DNA of 64,000 bases from the human T2T-CHM13v2.0 reference genome, Homo sapiens: assembly GCF_009914755.1 (NCBI RefSeq), contig NC_060943.1; one strand, written 5' to 3'. Below the pieces are notes generated by a model, which saw only the letters and a list, made by a program, of their open reading frames with translations, had not been told where the DNA came from and made no database searches. Below, one piece after another: positions 1 to 60,736 of the stretch. A program made the position numbers and the translations under genes. Each line of letters opens with the position of its first letter. Position 1 is the first letter of the stretch.

Positions 1-43
1 GTCTCCCTCTGAGCTTTTTTTTCTTTTCTTTTCTTTTTTTTGA

Positions 44-319
<276 letters not shown>

Positions 320-322
320 TGA

Positions 323-514
<192 letters not shown>

Positions 515-827
515 TAGCCCCTCTTAGTGTGCTTAGTGAGCACTTCCTATGTGCCTCTGCTAAGTGCTTGTGACAGATGTGTTTTCCCTGTCCAGGTGCC
601 AACACCTCCATGTTTCCTTAAGGATGCATCCCTTTCCCTATTGCAGGCCATTTGGTTTGGATGGGACTGCCTCCAACTGCAGGTAGGGTTTTGCCCCATC
701 TCTACTAAAAATACAAAAATTAGGCTGGGCACAGTGGCTCAAGTCTGTAATTCCAGCACTTTGGGTGGCCAAGGCAGGCGAATCACCTGAGGTCAGGATT
801 TCCAGACCAGCCTGGCCAACATGGTGA

Positions 828-923
<96 letters not shown>

Positions 924-1134
924 TGAGGTCAGGAGTTAAGAGACCAGCCTGACCAACATGGAGAAATCCCGTCTCTACTAAAAATACAAAAATTAGCTGG
1001 GTGTGGTGGCATGTGCCTGTAGTCCCAGCTACTCAGGAGGCTGAGGCAGGAGAATCATTGGAACCCAGGAGGCGGAGGTTGCATCACCCCATTGCACTCC
1101 AGCCTGGGCAACAGAGCGAGATTCCGTCTCAAAA

Positions 1135-1167
<33 letters not shown>

Positions 1168-1621
1168 GACAGGGACTATAACAACAGCCCCATCTCACAG
1201 GGTTGGTGGGTGGGTATTTAGAGTTTCCTCCCCATGGCCTACAAGGCCCCACCTGCATGCTTGCCCGTTTCCCCCAGCCCCATCTGCTCTCCTGCTCTAG
1301 CTTGCTGGCTTTGGCCACCCTGTTCACCAAGCTGGTCCCCAGCCCCTGGGGGCTCCTTCCCCACATTATCCAAGAGCTCACTCCCTTTCCTCTTTCAGGG
1401 TCCCCTCTGAGGTACCCTGCTCTGTGAAGGCACTGATGCCTGATGTACTCAATTTGCCCTCCATAAAGGGACTCTCCCAAACTCCTGTTCCCTGCTTTTT
1501 ACTTTTTCATAGATTTACTACCATCTGACAAATTCCAGTTTACCTCCCTGCTCCTCTGGGATCTCACTAGCAGGGCCTGCACACGATGGGTGCTCAATAG
1601 ACATTTGTTAAAGTGAATTAA

Positions 1622-1627
1622 TTTATT
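1622..1627 (-). terminator. EXOSC5: EXOSC5 polyadenylation signal AATAAA
   Basis: tttatt on + at 1622-1627, about 240 nt past the stop codon. Confidence 0.8.
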
Positions 1628-1866
1628 GATTCATCCATTCCATAAATGTGAGCTCCTTTGAATGTTATCCTTGCTGGGGGGATCTGTGCCCCCAGGCCTG
1701 GGGGCTGTCACAGGCCAAGGCCTCCCCACAGGAGCCCTGTGGTTACAGAGCTGCAGGCTCAAGGAGCCCATGGGTCAGAGAGGCAAGGCTGGGCTGCTGG
1801 TTTGCTTCAGGCTGTAGGGGGTGAGTGGGTGGAGGCAATGGGAGCGGCCCCTTGCCCCAGCTTGCC

Positions 1867-39832
<37,966 letters not shown>

Positions 39833-40195
39833 GACCTGCTCAGCCCACCCCCACCCATCCTCAGCTACCCCGAGAGGTAGCCCCACTCTAAGGGGAGCAG
39901 GGGGACCTGACAGCACACCACTGTCTTCCCCAGTCAGCTCCCTCTAAAATACTCAGCGGCCAGGGCGGCTGCCACTCTTCACCCCTGCTCCTCCCGGCTG
40001 TTACATTGTCAGGGGACAGCATCTGCAGCAGTTGCTGAGGCTCCGTCAGCCCCCTCTTCACCTGTTGTTACAGTGCCTTCTCCCAGGGGCTGGGTGAGGG
40101 CACATTCAGGACTAGAAGCCCCTCTGGGCATGGGGTGGACATGGCAGGTCAGCCTGTGGAACTTGCGCAGGTGCGAGTGGCCAGCAGAGGTCACG

Positions 40196-40201
40196 AATAA
40201 A
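40196..40201 (+). terminator. BCKDHA: BCKDHA polyadenylation signal AATAAA
   Basis: AATAAA about 365 nt after the stop, followed by a GU/U-rich downstream element (ggtctttgtttc). Confidence 0.85.
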
Positions 40202-40820
40202 CTGCATCTCTGCGCCTGGCTCTCTACCACCTCTGGTCTTTGTTTCCTGGAGTTTGGGGGTGATTTGAGGCCACCCCCAGCTTCTCCACCTTAGATAAAT
40301 AAGGTCAAGGCTCTTGAGATACCTACTTCCCCCGGAAGCTTGCGCAAGCTGGAAGGTTAACTTCAGCAGACAGGATGGGGGTGGGGGGGTCCTCCAGAGA
40401 TGGTCTCCTGCTCTCTCACAGAATGGGAGAAGCCTGCTGTCCAGCAGAGTGATGGGGAGCCCAGTGGAGCTAGCCCTGCCCAGCAGGGGTGCAGGGGAGC
40501 GTCCAGGATGAAGGTCAGGGTGTGGCCAAGCCCTGCTCCCCACCACTCCAGGGCCCCACAGATGCAAAAACAACCCCAGGCCTCAGAGTGGGGAGTGCAT
40601 GTTTTTCAAAAACAAAAAGTAGGCAAAAACAGTCCACCACCCCATCTTTCCTGCCCAGGCCCCTGGCTGGGGGAGGCCAAGGAGTGGCTTAAGTTGTCCA
40701 GCTTCTGGGCCCTCCTCCCTCCCATCAAGACCTGGAAGGAGGGGCTGAGCCAGGGGCCGGCCCCAGAGGCCCAGGCCAGGGCCGGGGCCAGGTCAGCACC
40801 TCCGCCCTCCCCAATGAGAG

Positions 40821-42014
40821 TCAGCACTGGAGCCTTGGGTCTTGCAGTTGTTTCCAGAGCCGAATGCTGGCCTGGGGGCCCAGGGGCCGTACCAGCAGCA
40901 GGTTGCGGAAAGCACAGTGGTCCGCAGTGCGGTCTGCTGGCCAGGCTGTGAGGAAGCCTGGGTGGGCCTGGGGCACCAGGCCCAGGGCTCGGATGCAAAG
41001 GCCAGTGTAGACGTCCTCAAAGGGGAAGGGTGCCACACGGGCTGCCGCCCGCAGCAGCCAGGGTGCCAGGCGCCCGGCAATGACGTAGCCACCCCCGCTT
41101 GCATAGGCTGGGTAGCCACCTTCGAAGAAGGACTCGGGCACATAGAAGGGTCCTCCTGGCTTCCGGAGAGGCATGGCCTGGGTAAAGACCTCACCCAGGT
41201 AGAGGCTTCGGGCCGAGGCAGGTGGCAGGGCCCGCAGGTGAGCCAGCAGGGCAGGGGTGTGTACAAAGGCATCGTCCTGAGCTCGCAAGACAAAACTCAC
41301 GGTGGGGCAGTGGCGGCCCAGCCAGGCCAGCAGCAGCAGGTCTTTGAGCGTCTGGTTGAATGGGACGTCGAGGAAGTCCCAGAGCAGCAGGTCGCTGTAG
41401 CGACGGCTCTCCCATGCCACTAGTGAGTCTAGGTCAGGCCCCGCCTCACCTACCGGAGACCCTAGCAGGAAGAGCAGCCGGATCCCTGGAGCTGGACTGC
41501 CCCACGTCTCTCTCACGGCCTGTCGTTCTGCAAAGCGCCCTGGTTCTGACTTGACGGCCAACAGCAGGTAGGGGACATCAGTATCTGAGCAGCTGGAGAC
41601 TTGGCCGCCACCACCTCCAGGCAGCCACTGTGGGAAGCTCCGGCAGGCTGCTGACAGCAAGAAGCGGCGGAGGTCCTTGGGGTAGGAGGCGAAGTCAGGG
41701 ATCTCGGTGGCGGCGGCGGCCCCCCAAGCCTGGCAGCCCCCCGTTTCAGTGCTGTCCCCACTGGGCAGGGACCCCAGCCGCCACTGCTGCTGGTTCCAGT
41801 AAGCAAAGGGCAGCGGGATAGTCTGGCCCAGGCGGGTGGAGAGGTTGGCAGGTAGGGTGGGCTCAGGGTTGGCTGGCGTGGGGCTTGGCGGGGTGCCCCG
41901 AGGGCTGGGGTAGGCCTTGCTGAGCCGGGACTCGGATGTCCATTCGATGTACACTTTGAGGCCCAGGAGTGTGAGCAGTGCTGACAGGCAGAGAAGGCAC
42001 TTGGGGCAGCGCAT
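40821..42014 (-). CDS. B3GNT8: UDP-GlcNAc:betaGal beta-1,3-N-acetylglucosaminyltransferase 8 (GT31), 397 aa, single coding exon
   Basis: Uninterrupted ORF with a type II membrane anchor (LLCLSALLTLLGL), a Pro-rich stem and GT31 motifs LLLAVKS, RQAVRETWG, DFLDVPFNQTLK, QDDAFV, YPAYASGGGY and EDVYTG. Confidence 0.98.
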   Translation of the reverse strand: MRCPKCLLCLSALLTLLGLKVYIEWTSESRLSKAYPSPRGTPPSPTPANPEPTLPANLSTRLGQTIPLPFAYWNQQQWRLGSLPSGDSTETGGCQAWGAAAATEIPDFASYPKDLRRFLLSAACRSFPQWLPGGGGGQVSSCSDTDVPYLLLAVKSEPGRFAERQAVRETWGSPAPGIRLLFLLGSPVGEAGPDLDSLVAWESRRYSDLLLWDFLDVPFNQTLKDLLLLAWLGRHCPTVSFVLRAQDDAFVHTPALLAHLRALPPASARSLYLGEVFTQAMPLRKPGGPFYVPESFFEGGYPAYASGGGYVIAGRLAPWLLRAAARVAPFPFEDVYTGLCIRALGLVPQAHPGFLTAWPADRTADHCAFRNLLLVRPLGPQASIRLWKQLQDPRLQC

Positions 42015-43950
42015 GACCCGGCCCAGGGAAGGGGCGGCCGCGGGAGCTACAAGGGAGCCACAGGGGAGCCACGGAGGCCATTGGGGTGTGGGGATGGGCC
42101 TCCAGAGAGGGCCCAGCCAGGCCCCAGGCAGACAGCTTCACAATCTCCCATAGTCCCCACCAACCCCCATAACAGATTCTCTCGGTCCCAGATCCTAAAC
42201 AGCTCCCCTGACCCAGGGACCTCGTTGGTCCTTATTCCTAGACCTAGGAGTCCCCCATTCCAATCCCGTACCAGCACCCTGTTCTTCCCACTCCGTCCAA
42301 ATGCTTCCACCTTCCTAAAAGCCCAAGGGTCTACCTCTTCCCTGTCTCCATCCAGGACAAGGGACCTTGCCGTCTATCTCCTCCCTCTCCCTCCATTTAT
42401 TGCCCTCACCAGGAAATCAGGAGCGGGATTCCTAGCTCCCTGGGGTTAGAAACCCAGCCTGCCTCCCGCAACACCCCAACCCCAGGGACTGGGGAACCAG
42501 GGATCCCATGCTTTTTTACCTCTGGGTCTGGCTCCCGCCAGCTCCGGGTGCCGGCCTCAGGTCAGGCCTCCCTCAGCTCCCTCTGATCTGCCTGCCCCAG
42601 CCCCTGTGTTGTCGACCGGCGGGGCCCAGCCCTGCCCAGCCAGTCCAGAGGGGCGGGGAGGGGAGTGGAGCGGGAGCAGGGAGGGCCCCAGGGGCCGGGG
42701 CGGGGCTGAGGCAGGAGAGAGGGAGGGAGGGAGGGAGGGAGGAGGGCAGGAGGCCGACCTGAGAGATGGGGCTCTGGCGTGTTAGGGCTGGTTTCTGGTG
42801 AGACAGCTGGGAAGGGTGCAGGGGGCAGCCACAGAAACAAGACGGGGGCTTTGTGAGGCCTGGGAGGGGAGAACCAGGGCCAGGGGGTGCCAGGGAGGGT
42901 GGGGCTGAAGGCTGGGCCTGGGCTGGGGAGTGTTAGAGTGACCAGGGCGAGGCAGGGTCCCACTGAGGCAGAGATGGGGAGGCTGAGAGGCTGGCGCCCG
43001 GCTGCACCCATGGCCAGGAGGCGGCAGTGAATGTGCTGAGTGGGAAGGGATCGGCGGGCCTGCCAGAGGGATGTTTGTTGTTGCTGCCCAGTCAGGGTGA
43101 GGTGGGGGGAACGGGGCTGGTGAGAAGGAGAGACAGAGACATTGTGGAGAGGGAAGAGACGGCCAGGGAGCAGAGAGAGGAGAACTGGGGTGAGACAGGC
43201 GATGGAGAGAGCTGAGGGGGAGAGAGAGAGAAGACGGGCAAGTGGGAAGGTGGCCAGGAGGGAGAGGGGGAGGGAAATGGAGATGGCGAGAAAGATAAGG
43301 GGTTGCGGAAGCCCTGTGGGGTGCTCATGGGGAAAGAGAGGTTGAGAGAGGCAGGTGGAGGGCAGAGGGGAGGGACTCAGGCTTCCGAGCCAGACCCAGG
43401 CAGAGGCGGAGAGGGAGCCAAGGGGAAGAACAGGAGAGGAAAAGACTGGAGCTTCAAGGGCAATAGAGGGTGACGGGGTGGGGCCCACGGGGAACCCCGG
43501 GAGCTAAGCTGATCCCCTGTACCTCCTCCATCCCTCTCGGCACCCGGGCTGCCTGCCCAGCAGCGTGGGAATCTGTTCCTACCTTACCCCCAACCTCCGG
43601 CCTGGAGCCAGCCTCACCCCGGGCCCCTCCCCTCCCCCAGCGGCACTGTGACTCCAGGAACACTCACATCCAGCCCCTTGGGGCAGGAGGGGGTGTCTGC
43701 CTGTGTTTGCATCCCTGCCCTCCAGGGGCCCCTGCTGTTGGGACTGCATCAGCTCTCTGAAGACCTCCCAAGACATGGGGTAAGACTAAGGGGCTCCCAC
43801 TAAGCCTGGGCTGACCCCTTCACTCCACCCTGGTTTGGGGCAGGCCTGTCCCCATCATGGCAGGAACACAGTCTGTCAGCAGCAGCAGTTGATGATCTGT
43901 CCAGCCCTGATTTCCTCCCCCAAAGTTTGAATAATGGAGCCTGTGGGAAC
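42015..43950 (-). other. B3GNT8: Predicted 5' non-coding exons of B3GNT8: last-exon acceptor at 42047/42046, exon 42758..42520, first exon ending at 43588
   Basis: cccttgtag| acceptor 32 nt before the ATG, donor AG|GTAAAA at 42520/42519, acceptor ctctcag| at 42759/42758, donor GG|GTAAGG at 43588/43587. The TSS position is approximate. Confidence 0.6.
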
Positions 43951-44203
43951 AGCTGGAGGAAGAGAGTGGGGAGGAAGTGGTGAATATTAATGGAATAATA
44001 GTTGGAGTGGGAAATGACAGCTAGGGGCTGGGGGCAGGGGCCCGAGCACCTCCTGAGGGAGTCTGCAAGCCCACTCCACTCTGGGGCTGGGGGAGAGGGA
44101 CTCCAGGCCCCCTGAGCTCATCTAGCTTCTGGGGGCAGGGGGTGCTGCTCCTCCTGGAAGCATTAGGAAGCTTCACAAGGTGCCTTTCTTTTTGCCTTTG
44201 CCA

Positions 44204-46620
<2,417 letters not shown>

Positions 46621-47111
46621 AGGGCTTCACTGGTAAAATGCTTCTGAATTGACTGGAAATCCATTTGGGGTGCTGGGGAACGTTATTCCCAGAGAGGTGC
46701 CTCAGTGGAGGCGCTGTGTCTCCTACGCAACTTCTGAGGGCTGGAGGGTGCCAAGGGCAGCTGCTGACCGCCTGGTGCTTCAGGAGCTGGGTGCTGGGGA
46801 AGCCACATGCACTGCGGCGTCCAGAGGCAGAAGCACAACCAACAAGAACCACGAAGGAGGCGCCTTTCCTCCTATAATGCCTGTTTGGTGCCCTCTACTG
46901 ACAAAGCTTATCCCCTTTCAAAAAACAGCCAACTGAAAAAGCTGAATTTGGAACATAAAGTCAATAAATCCATAACCAGCAATACTATGGGGCCTGGGGT
47001 GCGCTGGCCTTTAGTGAGTGGAGTGGGGCGAAGGATGCTGCATGTCCTGCAGTGGGCACAGCGGCCCTGCACGGGGGAGAACCATCCCTGTAAAGTGTCA
47101 GTAGTAGCCCC

Positions 47112-47440
47112 TGTGTCAGTCAGGGTCCCTGCAAGAAATGGCAGTGCACTCACATAAGGACAGTTTGAGAAGAGTCTCCTGACAAGGTGAGTGTGGCTCT
47201 CTGCGGCTACTAACAGCCTGAGCCTTTACCTCCCCAGGCCTGAACAGGGGCATGGAAAGGGCTGCCTGACAGGGTGACAGGAGCTGTGACCTTTAGCCAA
47301 GGGCAGCCAGGAATAAATACTGGGAACTCACGCTCTCTCCTGTGATTGGCCAGCACCACTCCCCCACCCTGACGTTGAGTGAAGACAAATGGAAGCCAGA
47401 AGTGTGGTGAGCTACCAGACATTCCATGCAGCCCGCTGAG
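47112..47440 (-). mobile_element. LTR33-like ERVL solo-LTR fragment in the DMAC2 3' UTR
   Basis: tgtgtcagtcagggtccctgcaagaaatggcagtgcactcac...tttgaagagagt resembles the remembered LTR33 terminus. The extent is approximate. Confidence 0.45.
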
Positions 47441-47470
47441 AAGCCACGTGAGTGGGGACAGGGCTAAAGG

Positions 47471-55132
<7,662 letters not shown>

Positions 55133-55140
<8 letters not shown>

Positions 55141-55260
55141 CTTGCTAAGGTTTCGTAACCGGAAGGGGCCGGTCTTATCCCACGCTCCTGGTTCAGCGCG
55201 AACTTATTCTCCTGTGGCCACGCCCCGCGTTTTCTAACCGTCCTCTTAAAGGTGCACGCA
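55133..55260 (-). promoter_or_regulatory. DMAC2: DMAC2 core promoter (CpG-rich)
   Basis: Perfect YY1 site CAAGATGGCGGC overlapping the ATG (55144-55133), ETS ACCGGAAG at 55158-55165, and SP/KLF GGCCACGCCCC at 55216-55226. Confidence 0.7.
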
Positions 55261-55526
55261 CTTTTTACTCTTAAAGGGTTTAGGGATTGCTCACAGCGCC
55301 CTCTCCCTGAGCTTCAAAACGAGACACAGGTCGGGCTCACGCACCTGTGAACCCAGCACTTTGTGGAGGCCGAGGCGAAAGCATCGCTTGAAGCCAGGAG
55401 TTCGAGACCAGCCTGGGCAACATAGGGGAGCCTTTATCTCCACAAAGAAATAGGGCAACCTTATATCCACAAAAAATAAAATGTTAGCCGGGCGTGGTGG
55501 TGCACGCCTGTGGTCCCAGCTACTCA

Positions 55527-55685
<159 letters not shown>

Positions 55686-56507
55686 CTAGGAGAAGATGGG
55701 GTGTTCTTCCCGGCAGAGTACCTTTCTTTCCTGACTGCAATTGCAGTCTCCCCAAGCTTTCTTATTCTTCCAGCTTCCACTCACTACCTCCTAAAAACAG
55801 GGAATGAGGGGGCTGAAAAGCTGACCACGTCATTTTTAAAAATTAGGGTCAGGTAAGAGAGTGGGTGAAGAGGTTAGATGTCAAGGTTAGAGACTGAGGT
55901 GAGATCTCAAGACCAGTTTGGAGTTGAAAGCTAGATCGCAGCATGAAGAGCCATTGTGAAGTCTTGTGGATAGAATTATTCATTCATTAGTTCCAAGAAT
56001 ATTTACTGAGCACCTACCACGTGATGGCAGGCACTGTTCTAGATGCCGAGGTTACCATGGTGAGCAGGACAGACCCAGTCCCTCTCTCAGGAAGTCAACA
56101 TTCTGGGCTGGGAGAGGATGGATGTGGGAGAGGATGAATAAGAAACAAAGGAATCAGCAAGGCAATTTTGATGAGAAGCAGATAAAAAAAAGTGACTGGG
56201 TGTAGGGCCATCAGCAAAGGCCTCTCTGAAGAGGTGACATTGAAGTAGAAGTGAATGATAAGGAAAGAGCCATTCAAAGATCTAGGGGAAAAGCGCTGCA
56301 GGGAGAGGTAGCCTCTAGAGCAGAGAGGCCTTGAGGTGGGAACCAGCTTGCAGACAGAGATAGGAGACTGGGTTGAGAGGTGGGCAGGGGCTGACGGTGC
56401 AGGCCTGGTAGGGTTTTATTCTATTCACAGTGGGAAGAAGGGAGTGTCAAAATCGGATTTACATTTTGTAAAGATTATTTCTGCCAGGTGGAGAATGTAC
56501 CTTAGAG

Positions 56508-56854
56508 CAGCGGTCCCTAACCGTTTTGTTACCAGGGACTGGTTTCGTGGAGGACAATTTTTCCATAGACTGGGGGTCGGGGGTGGGGTGGGGATGGTTT
56601 TGGGATGAAACTGTTCCACCTGAGATCATCAGGCATTAGATTCTCATAAGGAGCAGGCAACCTAGATCCCCCGCACGCACAGTTCACAATAGGGTTTGCC
56701 TCCTATGAGAATCTAATGCCACTGCTGATGTGACAGGAGGCGGAGCTCAGGCGGTAATGCTCACTTACCCGCTGCTCATCTCTTGCTGTGCGGCCCAGTT
56801 CCTAGCAGGCGAGGGGCTGGTACTGGTCCTTGGCCCAGGGACTGGGGACCCTTG
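56508..56854. mobile_element. MER1B-like hAT-Charlie MITE
   Basis: Terminal inverted repeats cagcggtccc.../...ggggacccttg and a perfect 8-bp TSD ccttagag (56500-56507, 56855-56862). Confidence 0.9.
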
Positions 56855-57323
56855 CCTTAGAGGGCAAGGGTGGATGCAGGGGACCAGTAAAAGAGGCTGC
56901 TGTAGCAGTCTAGGCAAGAGATGAATGGGGATGGGGCAGAGGGAATGGTGAGAAGTGCTCCAATCCTGGGTCTGTTTTGAAGGTTAAGCCAACAGATTGA
57001 GAAACTAAAAGCAGACGGGCGTGGCTGTGCACGTGAGGAAACTGGAAGGGCAGCAGGTTTAGGGAGGTGGGTGTGGCAGCTGAATAACGAACCCTCTCCC
57101 CATACCTGTGAATCCCTGGGCACTGTGACTATGTTACTTTCTATGGTAAAAGGGACTTGGGGCTGGGCGCGTTGGCTCACGCCTGTAATCCCAGCACTTT
57201 GGGAGGCCGAGGTGGGCAGATCACCTGAGGTCAGGGGTTTGAGACCAGCCTGGCTAACATGGTGAAACCCCGTCTCCACTAAACATACAAAAATTCGCCA
57301 GGTGTGGTGGCGTGCACCTGTAA

Positions 57324-57695
<372 letters not shown>

Positions 57696-58413
57696 TGACC
57701 TCGTGATCTACCATTATATATATGTATATATATGCACCTTGGGTCTGAAGGAAGGGTCCAAGGCCGAGAGAGGCCTGCAGTGCTTCCCAGACTTTTCCAC
57801 AGCAGAAGCCCTCACCCTCAACAGGGATAATATACCCATAGGCAAGTCCAGGGTCAGCAGAATTGGCTGCTTGGCCCTAGGCCAGCAGCCTGGACACAGG
57901 CACTCCAGCTAAGGGATTGCTGTCTTGGTGCCCCTGGGAGCCATTCCTGCCCCCAAAGGCACACTGGTGGGAAAGCCCTAGGATGACCCGTGCCAAGAGG
58001 ACAAGCAAGGACCAAGCTGTGGGCAAGCCAGAGGTCAAATGGAGGCTGAGGAGAGGCTGGAGAAGTGGTGGTGGTGGGGGGCAGGTGGAAGGACAGAGGG
58101 TGCCAGGCATCTACAGACACTGAGCGCCCCTGAGGGGTCAGGCCTGAGACAGGCAGGGAAGGGTGGAGTTAGACCTCTGCAAGAGGCTATGTTTGAACCC
58201 TGTGAGCAGAGTTGAGGTTAGACTTCAGAAGGAAAAAGAAAAGCACAAGGCCAGCTGATTCTCTCTGAAGAGTGGACTTTGGGATACCTTTCCCAGGAAC
58301 CCCCATCCCACTCCCTCTGCCCTTTACTCTCCACCACGCACACAGCTCCCCAGGGGACCAGGCCACCCTGGACCTTGCTACTTCCTGCTCCTTGCAGCCA
58401 TAGCTCAGAGACG

Positions 58414-59468
58414 ATGGAACTGTGGAGGCAGCTGAATCAGGCTGGACTGGTGCCTCCGGGGCTGGGCCCACCCCCCCAGGCCCTGAGGGAGGTCTCCCCA
58501 GTGGAAATCCCTGGTCAGACCCTCAGGACTGCAGGGGCAGACACTGGAGGTGCCTGCGATAGTCTGCTGTGGATCAGGGAGGAGCTGGTGAGTGAGGGGT
58601 TTGGAAGGGAAAGAGAAAGAGAGGAAATGAGAATGAATGGAAATGAACAAAAATAGAGAAGGCCAGAGATCGAAAAACAGAATCTGAGAGATAGAAGCAG
58701 AGACATGAGAGGCATGTACAGACACCGAGAGACAGACATAGAGTGAGGGACGGGAACAGAGGTGGGGACAGGGAGATCCCAAAAGAGAGGGACAGAGGTG
58801 GGAAGCAGAGACTGAGAGCAGGAACAGAGATGGAGAGACAGACTGAATTTGAGAAAGTTGGGGAGGGCAGAGAGAGGGCAAGCGAGAGAAAGAGAGCCAA
58901 AGGCAGGGGCAGAGAAATGGCAACACATAAAGACAGAGAGACAGGGGCATGGAAAGACAAAAAATAAATGGGGACAGAGACAAAGGGAAACAGGGACAGA
59001 TATAGATAAGAGAGGGAGGAGACAGAGAGAGAGAAGTCAGGGACAATGAAATGGAGAGACAAAGAGAAGAGTTAGAGATCAAGAGACACTCTGAGAAGCA
59101 GGAAGGCAGTTAGGGTCCATGGGCACAGTGAGGACCCTGCCCAGGCGCTGTGGCCAGGACATGAGTTGGGACCTGCTCTCACCCAGGTCCTGGAGAGACC
59201 CCTTGCTCTCTGGGGTGGCATCCCTGTGACGTCCCCTTCCTACTGGCAGGGGAACCTGCGCCGAGTGGATGTCCAGCTGCTGGGACAGCTGTGCAGCCTG
59301 GGGCTGGAGATGGGGGCGCTGCGGGAGGAACTGGTCACCATATTGGAGGAGGAGGAGGAGAGCAGCAAGGAAGAGGAGGAGGATCAAGAGCCCCAGAGGA
59401 AGCAGGAGGAGGAACACCTGGAGGCCTGCCCAGCCCCACATCCACCTGACTTTGAGATGATGATCTGA
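58414..59468 (+). CDS. ERICH4: Glutamate-rich protein 4 (C19orf69), 130 aa; join(58414..58587,59250..59468)
   Basis: ACGATGG start (MELWRQLNQAGLVPPG), donor CTG|GTGAGT at 58587, acceptor ggcag|GGG at 59250 (phase 0), acidic tail EEEEESSKEEEED...DFEMMI*. Confidence 0.93.
58600..59100 (+). repeat. GA-rich purine low-complexity tract filling the ERICH4 intron
   Basis: Recurrent gacagaga/gagaga motifs with few pyrimidines. Confidence 0.75.
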
Positions 59469-59789
59469 GGCTCTGCCAGTGGATTTAGATTGACATACAA
59501 ATGAGATGCAAATGTATGTAAAGGAGAAGGGAGATTTGCAGGTCAAAGCAGATGTGGAATCAAGTATACCCCTTTAGTAAGTGCTTTCTCTGAAGGTGCC
59601 TGCAATGATATTTAGGCATTGGCCTGTGAGCTATGAGTGTGTTTGCAGATGACATGAGGATGTGTTTGGAGGTGATGTGGGAGGTTGTAGAGAAGTTGCA
59701 GGTGCTTTCGCAGATGAGCCTCAGGTGTGCTGCTGAGATGGGGATCTCTGCAAATATGCTGGTGATGCATACAGATGCGATTTCAGATC

Positions 59790-60353
<564 letters not shown>

Positions 60354-60421
60354 TGAGCCACCTCGCCCAGCCTCATTGTTGTGTTACAAAGCACTTTCTG
60401 TTGGAAGTGAGAGTCTTTTCA

Positions 60422-60736
<315 letters not shown>

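Noticed and set aside
40400-41423. 183- and 193-aa plus-strand ORFs
   Set aside because: They are antisense shadows of the GC-rich B3GNT8 CDS and 3' UTR.
42562-43488. 308-aa Pro/Ser/Leu-rich ORF
   Set aside because: It is a by-product of a pyrimidine-rich low-complexity strand across a B3GNT8 UTR intron and exon, with no domain features.
46908-47153. Acceptor-like ctgacactttacag at 47088 and an 81-aa ORF in the DMAC2 3' UTR
   Set aside because: The ORF needs a phase-0 donor, which exons 4 and 5 do not provide. It starts within an LTR-like fragment and has no other support.
58405-59082. 225-, 162- and 137-aa Leu/Ser/Cys-rich minus-strand ORFs
   Set aside because: They are the antisense read of the GA-rich ERICH4 intron, open in all frames because of composition.
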